IMG/VR virus record: IMGVR_UViG_3300027804_000039 | Coordinates: 96,001 to 160,000 of that record | Direction: 5' to 3' (one strand) | DNA from: a virus | DNA length: 64,000 bases | Shown: piece by piece, positions 19,565 through 28,842 of the stretch | Layout: each line of letters starts with the position of its first letter | Position numbering within the stretch: position 1 is the stretch's first letter | Program-made: the position numbers and the translations under genes | The notes under the pieces: model-generated | What the model was told of the DNA's origin: nothing | Databases searched by the model: none | The model's input: the letters and a program-made list of their open reading frames with translations, nothing else

Positions 19565-19593
19565 ATTGTATTGCCGAAGCAATCGAGTGTCAA
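19565..19593 (-). promoter_or_regulatory. sigma70 promoter
   Basis: TTGACA-17-TACAAT on minus strand. Confidence 0.75.
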
Positions 19594-20738
19594 GTCTTTT
19601 TAAAGATATAGATGCCTTCAAACTTTTCGACTTTGTCCATTTTGCCGTTACCTACGCCGGGGCGTGTGTTCAGCATCATTTGTACTGTTTCTTTGTATTC
19701 AAATCCGCACTTCTTAGACAGCTCTAGCCAACGTTCTACAATTTGGAACTGTGTTTTGTTTACACGATAGTCGGCTATGTTTACAGCATATAATCCGTCT
19801 TGTGCTAGGCCTTTGTGTAACATTTTAAGTGTTGGCTCTACATATAATTCAAACCACGCATCTACATTGTCACACTTATTCATACATTGTGTAGGTTCGT
19901 CACAATATGTTTCTAAGTTAAAGTAAGGAGGGCTACTAAATGCAGCATCATATGCACCTGCTTCAGGATCAAAGTCTTCTGATACAGTATGGTGCATTTC
20001 ATACGTTGTACCAATAGTATCGTTAATTAAATCGCCTAGAGCAACTAACCCGTTATATGTTTTGGTATTTGGATCTATACCTGTGTAGTGATATCGCATG
20101 TTGCTAGTCATAGCACCAATCATGCGGCCACCATATCCACTACTAAAGTCTAGCACACGGCCCCACATGGTAGGACAAATATATTCCCAAATGGCTTTGG
20201 CATTTAATGGTTTGAAGTTTTGTATTGTGCCACCATTGGTCAATTCCAATGCACGGCGTATATTTTGTGGAATAACTGCTTTGTCGCCTTCATCCCTGTG
20301 CTGGTAACAAATCTTAATAGCACGTTTGAGCTTTGAGTCGTTATGGAAACGACTGTCCAAACTTACATTTCTTGCACCTAGTGTATAGGCTTCCTGCATA
20401 TTAGGAAACCAAAAGCGGCAGAAACTTAATCCGCCTGTAGCACCTACACTGATGCGTCCGTTCCTAACTTCTGTGTGTTGTTGATTGACTGTGCGAATCT
20501 CTTGTTCGCATCCTTGTTCATTAAAATAGAATATTGGAAGTATGTCTTTTGCTCTATAGATATCAAATACTTCTTGTTCTAATTGTTTGCGGCCTAGTTC
20601 GTCTCTAGATAGCCATTCTTGTTTTGAACAGCTAATAAGTTTATCCATAACATCTTCGTATCCAGTTGAAGATGCGTCAGTTGAATTGAAGTTCCAACTG
20701 TTTGAAAGGTAGTTATGGTAACTCTTCCAACTAGTCAT
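19590..20738 (-). CDS. DNA amino-methyltransferase (SPPY type)
   Basis: LDFSSGYGGR (SAM binding) and FSSPPYFNLE. Confidence 0.8.
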   Translation of the reverse strand: MTSWKSYHNYLSNSWNFNSTDASSTGYEDVMDKLISCSKQEWLSRDELGRKQLEQEVFDIYRAKDILPIFYFNEQGCEQEIRTVNQQHTEVRNGRISVGATGGLSFCRFWFPNMQEAYTLGARNVSLDSRFHNDSKLKRAIKICYQHRDEGDKAVIPQNIRRALELTNGGTIQNFKPLNAKAIWEYICPTMWGRVLDFSSGYGGRMIGAMTSNMRYHYTGIDPNTKTYNGLVALGDLINDTIGTTYEMHHTVSEDFDPEAGAYDAAFSSPPYFNLETYCDEPTQCMNKCDNVDAWFELYVEPTLKMLHKGLAQDGLYAVNIADYRVNKTQFQIVERWLELSKKCGFEYKETVQMMLNTRPGVGNGKMDKVEKFEGIYIFKKT

Positions 20739-20920
20739 TATCTAGATTCTGGTAGTTGTCTAAATCTAGATAAGAAGGCTTCTTGTCTACAAGAGTGCTC
20801 TTGTAATGTACGTGTGTTGATGTATTCTACCCAAGGATCGTTTTCGTCATTCTTATTGAAAATAGCCTTGATTTTAAAAACAGTGCCTTCATTTCCGCTG
20901 TACAAATCATTTAATTTCAT
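20738..20920 (-). CDS. hypothetical protein
   Basis: 60 aa, coupled to both neighbours. Confidence 0.65.
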   Translation of the reverse strand: MKLNDLYSGNEGTVFKIKAIFNKNDENDPWVEYINTRTLQEHSCRQEAFLSRFRQLPESR

Positions 20921-21207
20921 TATAACATCCTAATCAAACCAATAGTGTCAATGGTTGTCAACAAGAGGTAGTTAGCCAGCATGCCAAACGATTTCCTAGT
21001 ATAAGCAGCCCAGCCGTACATGGCACAGCCAGCAATCCAAATAGGATAGAGTACCAAAAGTGGTGGATTGGGTACCGTAGCGGCCATAGTGATGCTACAA
21101 CCGATGCTGATAGCCCAAGCAAGCAGCTCAACAACAAAACGAAAAGGACTACTGCGCCAGTCATCTTTTATCCAATCTAATGTGGGTTTAAAAATTGTAT
21201 CGATCAT
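20920..21207 (-). CDS. small three-TM membrane protein
   Basis: Three hydrophobic segments. Confidence 0.7.
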   Translation of the reverse strand: MIDTIFKPTLDWIKDDWRSSPFRFVVELLAWAISIGCSITMAATVPNPPLLVLYPIWIAGCAMYGWAAYTRKSFGMLANYLLLTTIDTIGLIRML

Positions 21208-21221
21208 AGTGTAGTTATTAA

Positions 21222-21248
21222 AAAAGCCCCAACCTGTGGGGCTTTTTG
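21222..21248. terminator. bidirectional-looking terminator
   Basis: AAAAAGCCCCA...TGGGGCTTTTT. Confidence 0.7.
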
Positions 21249-21275
21249 ACTTTGGGATAGGCCTACCCTCTTCAA

Positions 21276-21548
21276 TTAAAGAGTGATACCCATTGCCTTT
21301 GCTTTGTAGCCTAATGCTACGATTTCACGTGAAGGCTTACCCATAACATACTCAGTTACTGTAACACCGTTACCTGCTGTGCGGCTGTTGGTGTAAACTG
21401 CATAACCGTTTGAACGGATGCGGCTTGCTTCAGCAGCTAGGTTCTTTACACCGAAACGCTTTGCGGCTTGTGCGGCAGTTAGCTTTTCGCCATTGTAAAG
21501 TGCGGTAAAAACTTTGTATGTCTTAGTCTCTGGGTTAAAATATTTCAT
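21276..21548 (-). CDS. winged-helix-like DNA-binding protein
   Basis: LTAAQAAKRFGVKNLAAEASRIRSNGY helix-turn-helix pattern. Confidence 0.55.
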   Translation of the reverse strand: MKYFNPETKTYKVFTALYNGEKLTAAQAAKRFGVKNLAAEASRIRSNGYAVYTNSRTAGNGVTVTEYVMGKPSREIVALGYKAKAMGITL

Positions 21549-21617
21549 TTTATTATTTCCTCTTTTAGTTTATGCTGAAATCTATCAGCTAAAAATAGTA
21601 TATAATAACTAGGAATA

Positions 21618-21977
21618 TTAAACAAGTTCTTTGGCAGGATCGCCGTGAGGAATTAAGCCAAAAAACTTCTTACCAGGAAATCGTTTTTGGGCTTGTTCCA
21701 ATAACTCTGGGAGGGATTTGCCTTGTGCAACAAATTGGTCTGTGTCTTTGATGAACGCATAAAGTTCGTCACCGTGTCTTTCAATTTGAAGTTCGGTACC
21801 GTTTTTCTGTTCGTCAATTTCTGATTCTTCTTTTTTATTAATATTCTTAATTTCTTGCAGAAGTTTAATAAAATGGTCTGGGTCGTTGCCTAGTCTGGAT
21901 AGGATAGTAACACCACGTGAAATCCAACCAGCCCAAAAGCCCAGTGCAATGATAACCAAAGTAGTCAAAAGTTCCAT
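21618..21977 (-). CDS. membrane-anchored hypothetical protein
   Basis: N-terminal TM segment. Confidence 0.7.
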   Translation of the reverse strand: MELLTTLVIIALGFWAGWISRGVTILSRLGNDPDHFIKLLQEIKNINKKEESEIDEQKNGTELQIERHGDELYAFIKDTDQFVAQGKSLPELLEQAQKRFPGKKFFGLIPHGDPAKELV

Positions 21978-22002
21978 AAGGATTCTCCTTGTGTACGTTA
22001 GA

Positions 22003-22332
22003 TTATTTAATCAATTCCAAGTTCAAAATCTTTGCTACTCTAGCACCCACATCTTCTCCGCTAGGAATAACATACGTTTGGCTATCGTGTCTGTCTGTAC
22101 GAGTGTCATATCTGCGTACATTAAGAATTCGTCCGCCTACTGCTGTAGACAACTCAAAAGTAATACGATCCTCGCCCTCGGCGCGGCCCTTTTCGATTGC
22201 CATTGCTGTTCCCACTTGTAATCCCCTATGTGCTTTCGTTTTGTTAATGTAAATGTCTTCTTCGTATTTTTGGCTATTGTCCCACATATTACGAACTTTG
22301 CCGTATAGCCAACGATCAAACCACTTCATCAT
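22003..22332 (-). CDS. hypothetical protein
   Basis: 109 aa ORF in operon. Confidence 0.7.
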   Translation of the reverse strand: MMKWFDRWLYGKVRNMWDNSQKYEEDIYINKTKAHRGLQVGTAMAIEKGRAEGEDRITFELSTAVGGRILNVRRYDTRTDRHDSQTYVIPSGEDVGARVAKILNLELIK

Positions 22333-22522
22333 CGGGCTCTCCTACAGGCTTTTCAATTCCAATTTTGCCTCGGCCCATGGCAATGTTAGCAAGGATTTGT
22401 GTCTTGCCTTCAATCCATTGTTGTTCAGTTAGTGAATGTAAACCGATACACTTACCTGTTGGACTGCGGCCACATCCGCATTTACCAAATTCCTCTGTAT
22501 TCTCAGTTGCTCTTACTTGCAT
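22316..22522 (-). CDS. CDGSH-like Fe-S/Zn-binding small protein
   Basis: CGCGRSPTGKCIGLH resembles the CDGSH motif. Confidence 0.55.
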   Translation of the reverse strand: MQVRATENTEEFGKCGCGRSPTGKCIGLHSLTEQQWIEGKTQILANIAMGRGKIGIEKPVGEPDDEVV

Positions 22523-22781
22523 TATCTGCCTCCTTAATAGTGTTGAACAAATTTGCTTTTTGTTCTTTAAACTTCTTCCAACTTGCCCTAATTGAATCTA
22601 TAAGAAACCATTTGGTCATATAAAGAAACGGAACCATAATTGTAAAGATAAAAATATATCTCGAAACTTCATCTGTCCTTGCGGCGGTGAAGCCCATTAA
22701 GAAAAAGTTCACAATAAAAATCTTTTGCCAAAACTCTAGTTTTGAATACTGCCATTTAACAAACAACCAAACGTCTTTCAT
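22503..22781 (-). CDS. two-TM membrane protein
   Basis: Two hydrophobic segments. Confidence 0.7.
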   Translation of the reverse strand: MKDVWLFVKWQYSKLEFWQKIFIVNFFLMGFTAARTDEVSRYIFIFTIMVPFLYMTKWFLIDSIRASWKKFKEQKANLFNTIKEADNASKSN

Positions 22782-23245
22782 TTATGTTCCTTTGTAAGTT
22801 CACAGATCATAAGAAACTTTTCAAAGCTCTTACGAACTGTAGGGTTAGACAACAATTTATCTGCTTCTTCCATCATGGCTTTTACACCTGCTTCAGCAGC
22901 TTCCCTGTATGAGCAGTATTCTAGTGCATAGACTTCCTTGCCCATGGCCTTGCTAAAGTTTTCCCAAGCCAATCGCTGTTCGTCTGTTAGCTGTTTACGG
23001 TCACGCTCTGGAACACGAAGCTTACTGGTTTCCATGATGTGTTTACTAATCGCATCTTCAGCGACATGTCCTGCGGCTATAAGAGCCGCATAGTTCGGAT
23101 CAATATTGAACTTACGGCTTGAAACCCCAGGTCGTACAATAACCAAATGAGCACCACCAGGGAAGCTATCCAAATACTCGTTATCATATTCCGCGATAGG
23201 AACATAACGGCGTCCTTTTTTCTCGTAGAAGATTTTTTTAGTCAT
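22778..23245 (-). CDS. hypothetical protein
   Basis: 155 aa, directly after a sigma70 promoter. Confidence 0.75.
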   Translation of the reverse strand: MTKKIFYEKKGRRYVPIAEYDNEYLDSFPGGAHLVIVRPGVSSRKFNIDPNYAALIAAGHVAEDAISKHIMETSKLRVPERDRKQLTDEQRLAWENFSKAMGKEVYALEYCSYREAAEAGVKAMMEEADKLLSNPTVRKSFEKFLMICELTKEHK

Positions 23246-23250
23246 AGCGT

Positions 23251-23279
23251 ATTATAACATCGTAATGAAAGAACGTCAA
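23251..23279 (-). promoter_or_regulatory. sigma70 promoter, leaderless transcript
   Basis: TTGACG-17-TATAAT, ATG 5 nt downstream. Confidence 0.75.
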
Positions 23280-23650
23280 CCAGTGTACCAACCTCTCAAT
23301 ACATATTCTGTCCATCTTTTGGGCGTTATATGTGCTGTAATCATAACTTGGTAACCATACGAAATTGGATCGGCATTGATATGATATTGGGGATCGCGTC
23401 CATTTGCCATTACCCATTTTCCATGATCTGTTTGTTGCCATTCGTAAATTGGGTGGGCCATGTATATCTCTGGATCTTCTACATCGCCCAAAACAAATTT
23501 GTGGACAACCCTACGTTCGTACACATGATCATCATATACTTGGTACTTCTGGGTTTTCTTTTCAGAGTCCATTCCTACCTGTTTACTGACCTGTTTACGC
23601 AACTCTTCATTTAAATTAGGCCAACCTTTGCCCATGTTCGCTATCGCCAT
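23276..23650 (-). CDS. hypothetical protein (distant Trp-rich family member)
   Basis: YEWQQT...WVM...TEYVLRGW. Confidence 0.65.
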   Translation of the reverse strand: MAIANMGKGWPNLNEELRKQVSKQVGMDSEKKTQKYQVYDDHVYERRVVHKFVLGDVEDPEIYMAHPIYEWQQTDHGKWVMANGRDPQYHINADPISYGYQVMITAHITPKRWTEYVLRGWYTG

Positions 23651-24137
23651 TAAAGATTTCCTCTAGCCAGGGTTTACATTTTTCCCAGCTTCTATATTCG
23701 TGTGCTAGTCCGCCAGCACTACGCCATTCGCTACAGTTACTATGTCTATCATCAATTAGGATGTCGCCGGGTTGGCAATGTCTCCACTTGTCATGACTAA
23801 ACGGGCCTATGAATACTGGAATGCCTGGAAAATATTGATTAGCCCACCAAACTTTATCATTTGCCGCATATGGCATTGAATAGTCGTGTGGGAGTGCTGT
23901 AAGGAAGAACAACTCTTCAGCTTTACTTTCTGCAACTAATTCTCGACAGTAGTGTACTAGTTCCATTGCGCCGGGCTTTAAAGGTAGATTCAAATAAAAC
24001 CTGCTCCAGTTCTTTATCTTATTCCATTCGTCTTGCGGAATTCGTTCGCCGTACTGGTCCCAACGTCTCTTTAAAAAGACTTGTGCTGCTTCGTGCCAAT
24101 CAGCAACAACGTCATCCATGTCTAAATATATCTTCAT
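23616..24137 (-). CDS. 5'(3')-deoxyribonucleotidase (HAD family)
   Basis: YLDMDDVVADW, FLTA, ILIDDR. Confidence 0.8.
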   Translation of the reverse strand: MKIYLDMDDVVADWHEAAQVFLKRRWDQYGERIPQDEWNKIKNWSRFYLNLPLKPGAMELVHYCRELVAESKAEELFFLTALPHDYSMPYAANDKVWWANQYFPGIPVFIGPFSHDKWRHCQPGDILIDDRHSNCSEWRSAGGLAHEYRSWEKCKPWLEEIFNGDSEHGQRLA

Positions 24138-24400
24138 TTTGTTTCCGTTATCAAATCAAATGCCGTAGCATATTGCACTTCTGGTTCCATATGAAACCCT
24201 GTGCCCCACACTAACCATACCTTGCGTTTATATAATTTTTTCCACCAGACCATCTTTCCAGTTATGGTTTTAACTGGTAACCATGCAAAAGTTTCCATCC
24301 AAGGATAACAATCGCATCCATCAGTAATGATTTGTGTAACTTCCATTGGTTTCCATTCGTATCCCGGTGGCGCAGGTATTTTAAAATCTCTCATTGCCAA
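24134..24400 (-). CDS. hypothetical protein
   Basis: Trp-rich 88 aa ORF. Confidence 0.65.
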   Translation of the reverse strand: MAMRDFKIPAPPGYEWKPMEVTQIITDGCDCYPWMETFAWLPVKTITGKMVWWKKLYKRKVWLVWGTGFHMEPEVQYATAFDLITETK

Positions 24401-24660
24401 TACTTAATTTGAAATAACATAAACTTCTTAGGATCCTTCACAGTATATTCAGCAGTATAGTTTCCTGTACCATCTAATGCCATAGCAAATCCATATTTTT
24501 GTTCTGCCCAAAAATGTACAGTAGGCCTAGCAGTTAAGTCGTACACACCTTTATGTTCATTTAAATATTCCTGACGCATTCTGCGAATAGCATCAAAGTA
24601 TCTATCACGTTCTGCTTTGTCCTGCATGTGCCACGCCTTATTTTCGTATAACATTCCCAT
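24391..24660 (-). CDS. Trp-rich paralog family member
   Basis: C-terminal VKDPKKFMLFQIKYW. Confidence 0.7.
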   Translation of the reverse strand: MGMLYENKAWHMQDKAERDRYFDAIRRMRQEYLNEHKGVYDLTARPTVHFWAEQKYGFAMALDGTGNYTAEYTVKDPKKFMLFQIKYWQ

Positions 24661-24896
24661 TAAGCATCACTCCACCTTAAAGTAAACATCATGGCATCTT
24701 TAGATGATTTGAAATAGTAAACATTTTCGGTATCTGTCCAACCGTACCGCCACCTGTATTTTTTACTGCGGCCGCCTGGACCAAAATGTTTAGTACACCA
24801 GTCTCGTAGTTCGCAATGTTCGTCATCTATCCTTGCAGGACTAAATCTGACCACGTGCTTATATTTGCTTTTACGTTCTTGAGTAATCATGACCAT
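24660..24896 (-). CDS. Trp-rich paralog family member
   Basis: WCTKHFG...FKSSKDAMMFTLRWS. Confidence 0.75.
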   Translation of the reverse strand: MVMITQERKSKYKHVVRFSPARIDDEHCELRDWCTKHFGPGGRSKKYRWRYGWTDTENVYYFKSSKDAMMFTLRWSDA

Positions 24897-25150
24897 TTTA
24901 ATACAAACATGTTATGATATTTTTCGTCGTCCCACCGCAAGTACCAGCCTTGTGTACTAGTTTTAATTAGTTTACCGTGAGGCTTGAGCTCATAATTAGC
25001 GACTGTGATAGTTTTCCAATCATGTTCAATAGCCCGGTCCCGACAGGCAGACCAAAAATTATCAAAATATTTAGGCCAAGGTGCTTGCCATTGTCCAGGT
25101 AGTTCAACACGAAACTTATCAGACATTAAGACCACCTCATTACAAACCAC
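24887..25150 (-). CDS. Trp-rich paralog family member
   Basis: WDDEKYHNMFVLKWS. Confidence 0.7.
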   Translation of the reverse strand: MVCNEVVLMSDKFRVELPGQWQAPWPKYFDNFWSACRDRAIEHDWKTITVANYELKPHGKLIKTSTQGWYLRWDDEKYHNMFVLKWS

Positions 25151-25320
25151 ATGGCTTTCTTTTCGTCGTTAAAGTTTAAAGTTGTATCTCCTGTATGAGA
25201 TATAACATCATATTCCTGTTCAAGCCAATCATAAATGTTGTCAATGTTCTTTTCCCATTTTACATTATCGTAAAAATGGTCAACTAACTTATCCCAATAA
25301 GGCTTCTTATCGACTATCAA
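25126..25320 (-). CDS. Trp-rich paralog family member
   Basis: FNDEKKAMWFVMRWS; probable TTG start overlapping upstream stop. Confidence 0.65.
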   Translation of the reverse strand: MIVDKKPYWDKLVDHFYDNVKWEKNIDNIYDWLEQEYDVISHTGDTTLNFNDEKKAMWFVMRWS

Positions 25321-25730
25321 GAGCGCCACCTGATAATAAACCAATCACGATCCTTTTCTTCACGGAACCAAAACTTACGATTGTTGGCATACCAGCGTTG
25401 TAAGGGCTCCGGTGTTAGGTTTTTCGTTTCATTCCAAATGTTTCCTGTGCTACCAAACACGTCATAACACCACGCTTCCATTTCTAACCAGTGACCGCCT
25501 ACGGGCTCAACACAATAATATCTAGCACCATAAACAGTTCCTTCAGATAGTACTAGATCCTCTATAGGCTGTCTGTTCAAATCGTCCATCAATCTTTTTA
25601 TAGCCGCATTAGTCCAATGGCTCTTACCAGCGTTGCGTCCGGTTATCTGCACAATGCCGCGGCCTTTGTATTTCGTAATAGTATCTAAGGCACGTTGTTG
25701 CCACGGTTCTAATTCTGCTGATTCACTCAT
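25317..25730 (-). CDS. Trp-rich paralog family member
   Basis: WCYDVFG...FREEKDRDWFIIRWRS. Confidence 0.75.
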   Translation of the reverse strand: MSESAELEPWQQRALDTITKYKGRGIVQITGRNAGKSHWTNAAIKRLMDDLNRQPIEDLVLSEGTVYGARYYCVEPVGGHWLEMEAWCYDVFGSTGNIWNETKNLTPEPLQRWYANNRKFWFREEKDRDWFIIRWRS

Positions 25731-26020
25731 CCTAACCACCTTAATTTAAACCACATGGCATCATCATCATTTTCAAATAAAAAATCATTTCTGCTTCTTT
25801 GATAGCCGCCTTTGGTATTTTTATCAACCCAAGTGTGTATTTCTTTTAATGTGTCCATAGTCACAGGCCATGGTAACATCACACGACTCCATCCAATCTC
25901 TTGCAACATTCCCCACAGCACTTCCCTGTCTATTTCCTGCATGAGCATTTTTGATTGCTCTTCTTGGATACGTTCGACTAAGTCGCCTGATCGGTCAGTT
26001 AATAATTTCTTTTTGAGCAT
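25727..26020 (-). CDS. Trp-rich paralog family member
   Basis: FENDDDAMWFKLRWL. Confidence 0.75.
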   Translation of the reverse strand: MLKKKLLTDRSGDLVERIQEEQSKMLMQEIDREVLWGMLQEIGWSRVMLPWPVTMDTLKEIHTWVDKNTKGGYQRSRNDFLFENDDDAMWFKLRWLG

Positions 26021-26021
26021 G

Positions 26022-26303
26022 TTAAGGTTTAATGTTTAGTTTACCAAAAAGAGTTTTAACTTCATCGCTAAAGTCTTCTTCCAGCTTTAATTCTTCCTTC
26101 TTAGGAATGCTGTCACTCCAACGAAGAATAAACCATTCGCGATGTGCTTCCTTTTTAAAACTCCATAGTCGTTCAGTCATGCTCATACCAACACCTTCGG
26201 CTTGTGCCCAAGCAATCATTTCTTCGTTTAGCTCAGGAGGAAGCTCACCTTTATCAAAAGCGATCCCCGGCAAGCGAAATGGTCCTACTTCACAATTTTC
26301 CAT
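26022..26303 (-). CDS. Trp-rich paralog family member
   Basis: FKKEAHREWFILRWS. Confidence 0.75.
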   Translation of the reverse strand: MENCEVGPFRLPGIAFDKGELPPELNEEMIAWAQAEGVGMSMTERLWSFKKEAHREWFILRWSDSIPKKEELKLEEDFSDEVKTLFGKLNIKP

Positions 26304-26577
26304 CGTGTCCTCCTATTACTTCACTAAACTTCATCAAAAACATTGTACGCTTGTTCTGGCTAAAAAAATCTAAATGTATTTCAAATCTATAAAAGCCAGC
26401 TGTGTATTCGTCGCCTTTGATTTCCTCTTCACCTATCCATCGTTTGTGTTCACGCACAGTGAATCCTAACACCTTTTTCATTTTATCTCTAATCATGAAT
26501 ACAGTCTTAGGATGCTCCTCCTGTAATTGTTTGCGTATTCGCTTCCACTGATCAACGGTCAGTATTACGGGTCGCAT
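26290..26577 (-). CDS. Trp-rich paralog family member
   Basis: FFSQNKRTMFLMKFS. Confidence 0.7.
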   Translation of the reverse strand: MRPVILTVDQWKRIRKQLQEEHPKTVFMIRDKMKKVLGFTVREHKRWIGEEEIKGDEYTAGFYRFEIHLDFFSQNKRTMFLMKFSEVIGGHDGKL

Positions 26578-26974
26578 TGGCTAACTCTTTGTATCCGGCC
26601 CAGCTAGGATGGATTGCATCCTTTTGTAGCCTGTTGGTTGAAATGATTGTGTCACCGCGACTGTTGGCAATAATTTTTACAACATCGTTGACATCAGGTT
26701 TGCAAAACTTATCATTGCAAGGAGGCAAGATCCAGTAGACATGTTGTGCTGTTACGTTGGCTCGCATACGAGACAGCTCTTTGAATGTGTGTACACCTTT
26801 ATGGTCGTTTGTGCCAAGACTGATAATGACAGCAGGCGCGGCTAATACTTTGTTGTCGTACTTTTTATTCCACTGCCAAGTATTTAGGCCGCCTGTGCTG
26901 TAACTCACACATTCAGGACGTTGTTGTGCTACTCCTACGGCAATACTATCGCCTAAGATTAAACATTCTAACAT
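26552..26974 (-). CDS. SGNH/GDSL hydrolase
   Basis: GDSIA, SLGTND, DAIHP catalytic blocks. Confidence 0.85.
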   Translation of the reverse strand: MLECLILGDSIAVGVAQQRPECVSYSTGGLNTWQWNKKYDNKVLAAPAVIISLGTNDHKGVHTFKELSRMRANVTAQHVYWILPPCNDKFCKPDVNDVVKIIANSRGDTIISTNRLQKDAIHPSWAGYKELANATRNTDR

Positions 26975-27276
26975 TAATGTTCTCCTAATTCTTCACTGTA
27001 TTTGTAATAACGGCCTGCTTCGTAATTCCAATGACGGTTGTCATATAGATTAAAATGTAGACAATATCCAAGAAAGCCTAGATCAATGTCCAAGCCTGCA
27101 TGACTTTGCCTAATGGTCCAACTAAAGTTAAAAGACAAAAATGAGCTGTCTCGATACACTTCTAGTTCAGCGTATTTGTTTGTGTAAACATACCACATCT
27201 TGTTCCACAAGTTCTTAAACTGTTGGCTGTAAGGGTTGCGAATATTAAAACTAAAACTAATCATACAACACTCCAA
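26974..27276 (-). CDS. hypothetical protein
   Basis: ORF in operon. Confidence 0.65.
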   Translation of the reverse strand: MECCMISFSFNIRNPYSQQFKNLWNKMWYVYTNKYAELEVYRDSSFLSFNFSWTIRQSHAGLDIDLGFLGYCLHFNLYDNRHWNYEAGRYYKYSEELGEH

Positions 27277-27629
27277 ACAATAAACAGATAAGTTAGGTTA
27301 TGGGCCAACTGATCAGCGCCTAGCCATTGCCAAAACTTTGGATTCTCTACAGTATAATTGTTTTGTTTATTGATATTAATCTTAGCCCAGTCAATGTGAT
27401 AATGTACGACAAAGTCAATAGCACCCAACAATAGGCTCATTTCAAGGTTTAAATTTGTTACAATAAACAAAATTAAAAAGGTTGCAACACCGTGTTTAAG
27501 ACTGTGCTTGACTCCACGCCAGTCTAGGTATGTGCCTTTCCAAGCCACTTCTTCATTGCTTTGATTGACAAAGTCAACATACCAATGCTTGATGAACAAC
27601 AGGGCAAGTATGATAAATGCAAAGTCCAT
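27261..27629 (-). CDS. DUF3307-like membrane protein
   Basis: KHWYVDF, HSLKH, HYHID.AK, DQLAH motifs. Confidence 0.7.
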   Translation of the reverse strand: MDFAFIILALLFIKHWYVDFVNQSNEEVAWKGTYLDWRGVKHSLKHGVATFLILFIVTNLNLEMSLLLGAIDFVVHYHIDWAKININKQNNYTVENPKFWQWLGADQLAHNLTYLFIVWSVV

Positions 27630-27841
27630 TATTTGTTTCCTTTTTGGTGCAGGTATTCTCGTTTGAGCCAGTATTTGTATTTTCTAAAGTATTCTGCAAG
27701 ATCTGATTCTGGAATAGGCATGTGCAAGTCCGAGTATTCGTCCTTGTGTTGCATCCATATTTCCTGCAACCAATTTCTAAAGCCAGTTACTTTGTAAGAC
27801 TTTCCCATGTCAGTTCCTTTCCTTGAACATGTGCTACACAT
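27629..27841 (-). CDS. hypothetical protein
   Basis: Likely start MGKSYK. Confidence 0.65.
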   Translation of the reverse strand: MCSTCSRKGTDMGKSYKVTGFRNWLQEIWMQHKDEYSDLHMPIPESDLAEYFRKYKYWLKREYLHQKGNK

Positions 27842-28023
27842 TTTACATATCCCGATGCTACGGCTGTGTTGACAGCATCTCTAAGGTAGCCGGGGCATTC
27901 TGGCAAGATATGAATCATTGCTCGCGGATACAATATCAGTCCGTCACTGAGCATGAAGTTGGGCTCGTCTTGACGGATTGTTCGAATATCGTGTTTAGAT
28001 TGAAAATCTGAAACTGTAAACAT
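27787..28023 (-). CDS. hypothetical protein
   Basis: 78 aa downstream of a sigma70 promoter. Confidence 0.65.
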   Translation of the reverse strand: MFTVSDFQSKHDIRTIRQDEPNFMLSDGLILYPRAMIHILPECPGYLRDAVNTAVASGYVKCVAHVQGKELTWESLTK

Positions 28024-28056
28024 GAACTACCTTACCATATAGTATTAGATAGTCAC

Positions 28057-28085
28057 ATTATATTAGTTTCTGTTATCTTTGTCAA
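28057..28085 (-). promoter_or_regulatory. sigma70 promoter
   Basis: TTGACA-17-TATAAT on minus strand. Confidence 0.8.
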
Positions 28086-28410
28086 CTGACTCGAGTATGA
28101 TGTCGGCCCAGCGCAGGCCAAATAGTGTGCAATGTTTTGGACTTCGGATATTTACAGTCCACCATTTATCGTATTTTCCGCCTTCGTGTACAAACCAATC
28201 GCGGTATTTTTCGCCCATATATTCAGAGCACCATTGGTAAAGTTGTTCACGAACAGCATGATCTTTTCGAACGCGATAGTAGGAAAAGTTACTAAGGTAT
28301 TCGTGAACTATGCGAGCAAAGTCTGGATCAACTTCACCAGGTAACTTTACCGTACCTTCATTATGGGCTGGCTTGTACTTGTCCAGATTCTGCATCGTCG
28401 TTTTCCACAA
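28063..28410 (-). CDS. Trp-rich paralog family member
   Basis: QWCSEYMG...IRSPKHCTLFGLRW. Confidence 0.7.
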   Translation of the reverse strand: MWKTTMQNLDKYKPAHNEGTVKLPGEVDPDFARIVHEYLSNFSYYRVRKDHAVREQLYQWCSEYMGEKYRDWFVHEGGKYDKWWTVNIRSPKHCTLFGLRWADIILESVDKDNRN

Positions 28411-28753
28411 ACTTCTCTAAGATATCAAAGTTTGCTTCTGCTCGCTGTATTGCTTCCCAGGCCTTTTGTAGTGCTGGGTTGTTCTTGATAAGTCGTTCGC
28501 GTTTGAATTGACGCTCGCGTTCTTGTCTAGCCCAATCCAACAATGACTCGGCTTCAAAGTTAAGTCCTACGCTGGCATAACCCATTTGTAACTGTTGCCA
28601 GTTGTTGCCGTCAAACACTTCCATATTTTGATTGCTGGTGTTAAAACGCAAGTTGCCCACACCCTGAGCACCTGAATAGTTATTCACATAGTTTGAGACA
28701 CTGCCACCTTGCACCTGCATATATTTGCCTTGTGGGTTGATACCTTTAATCAT
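28361..28753 (-). CDS. hypothetical protein
   Basis: 130 aa; AGGAGCGAC RBS (early-type tag). Confidence 0.75.
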   Translation of the reverse strand: MIKGINPQGKYMQVQGGSVSNYVNNYSGAQGVGNLRFNTSNQNMEVFDGNNWQQLQMGYASVGLNFEAESLLDWARQERERQFKRERLIKNNPALQKAWEAIQRAEANFDILEKFVENDDAESGQVQASP

Positions 28754-28842
28754 TGTCGCTCCTAAAGCATTTTACCATTAGGGCTACAAATAGGGCTATT
28801 AAAAACAGTCCGCCCAAGACTACATCTAGTTCTATATCCATA

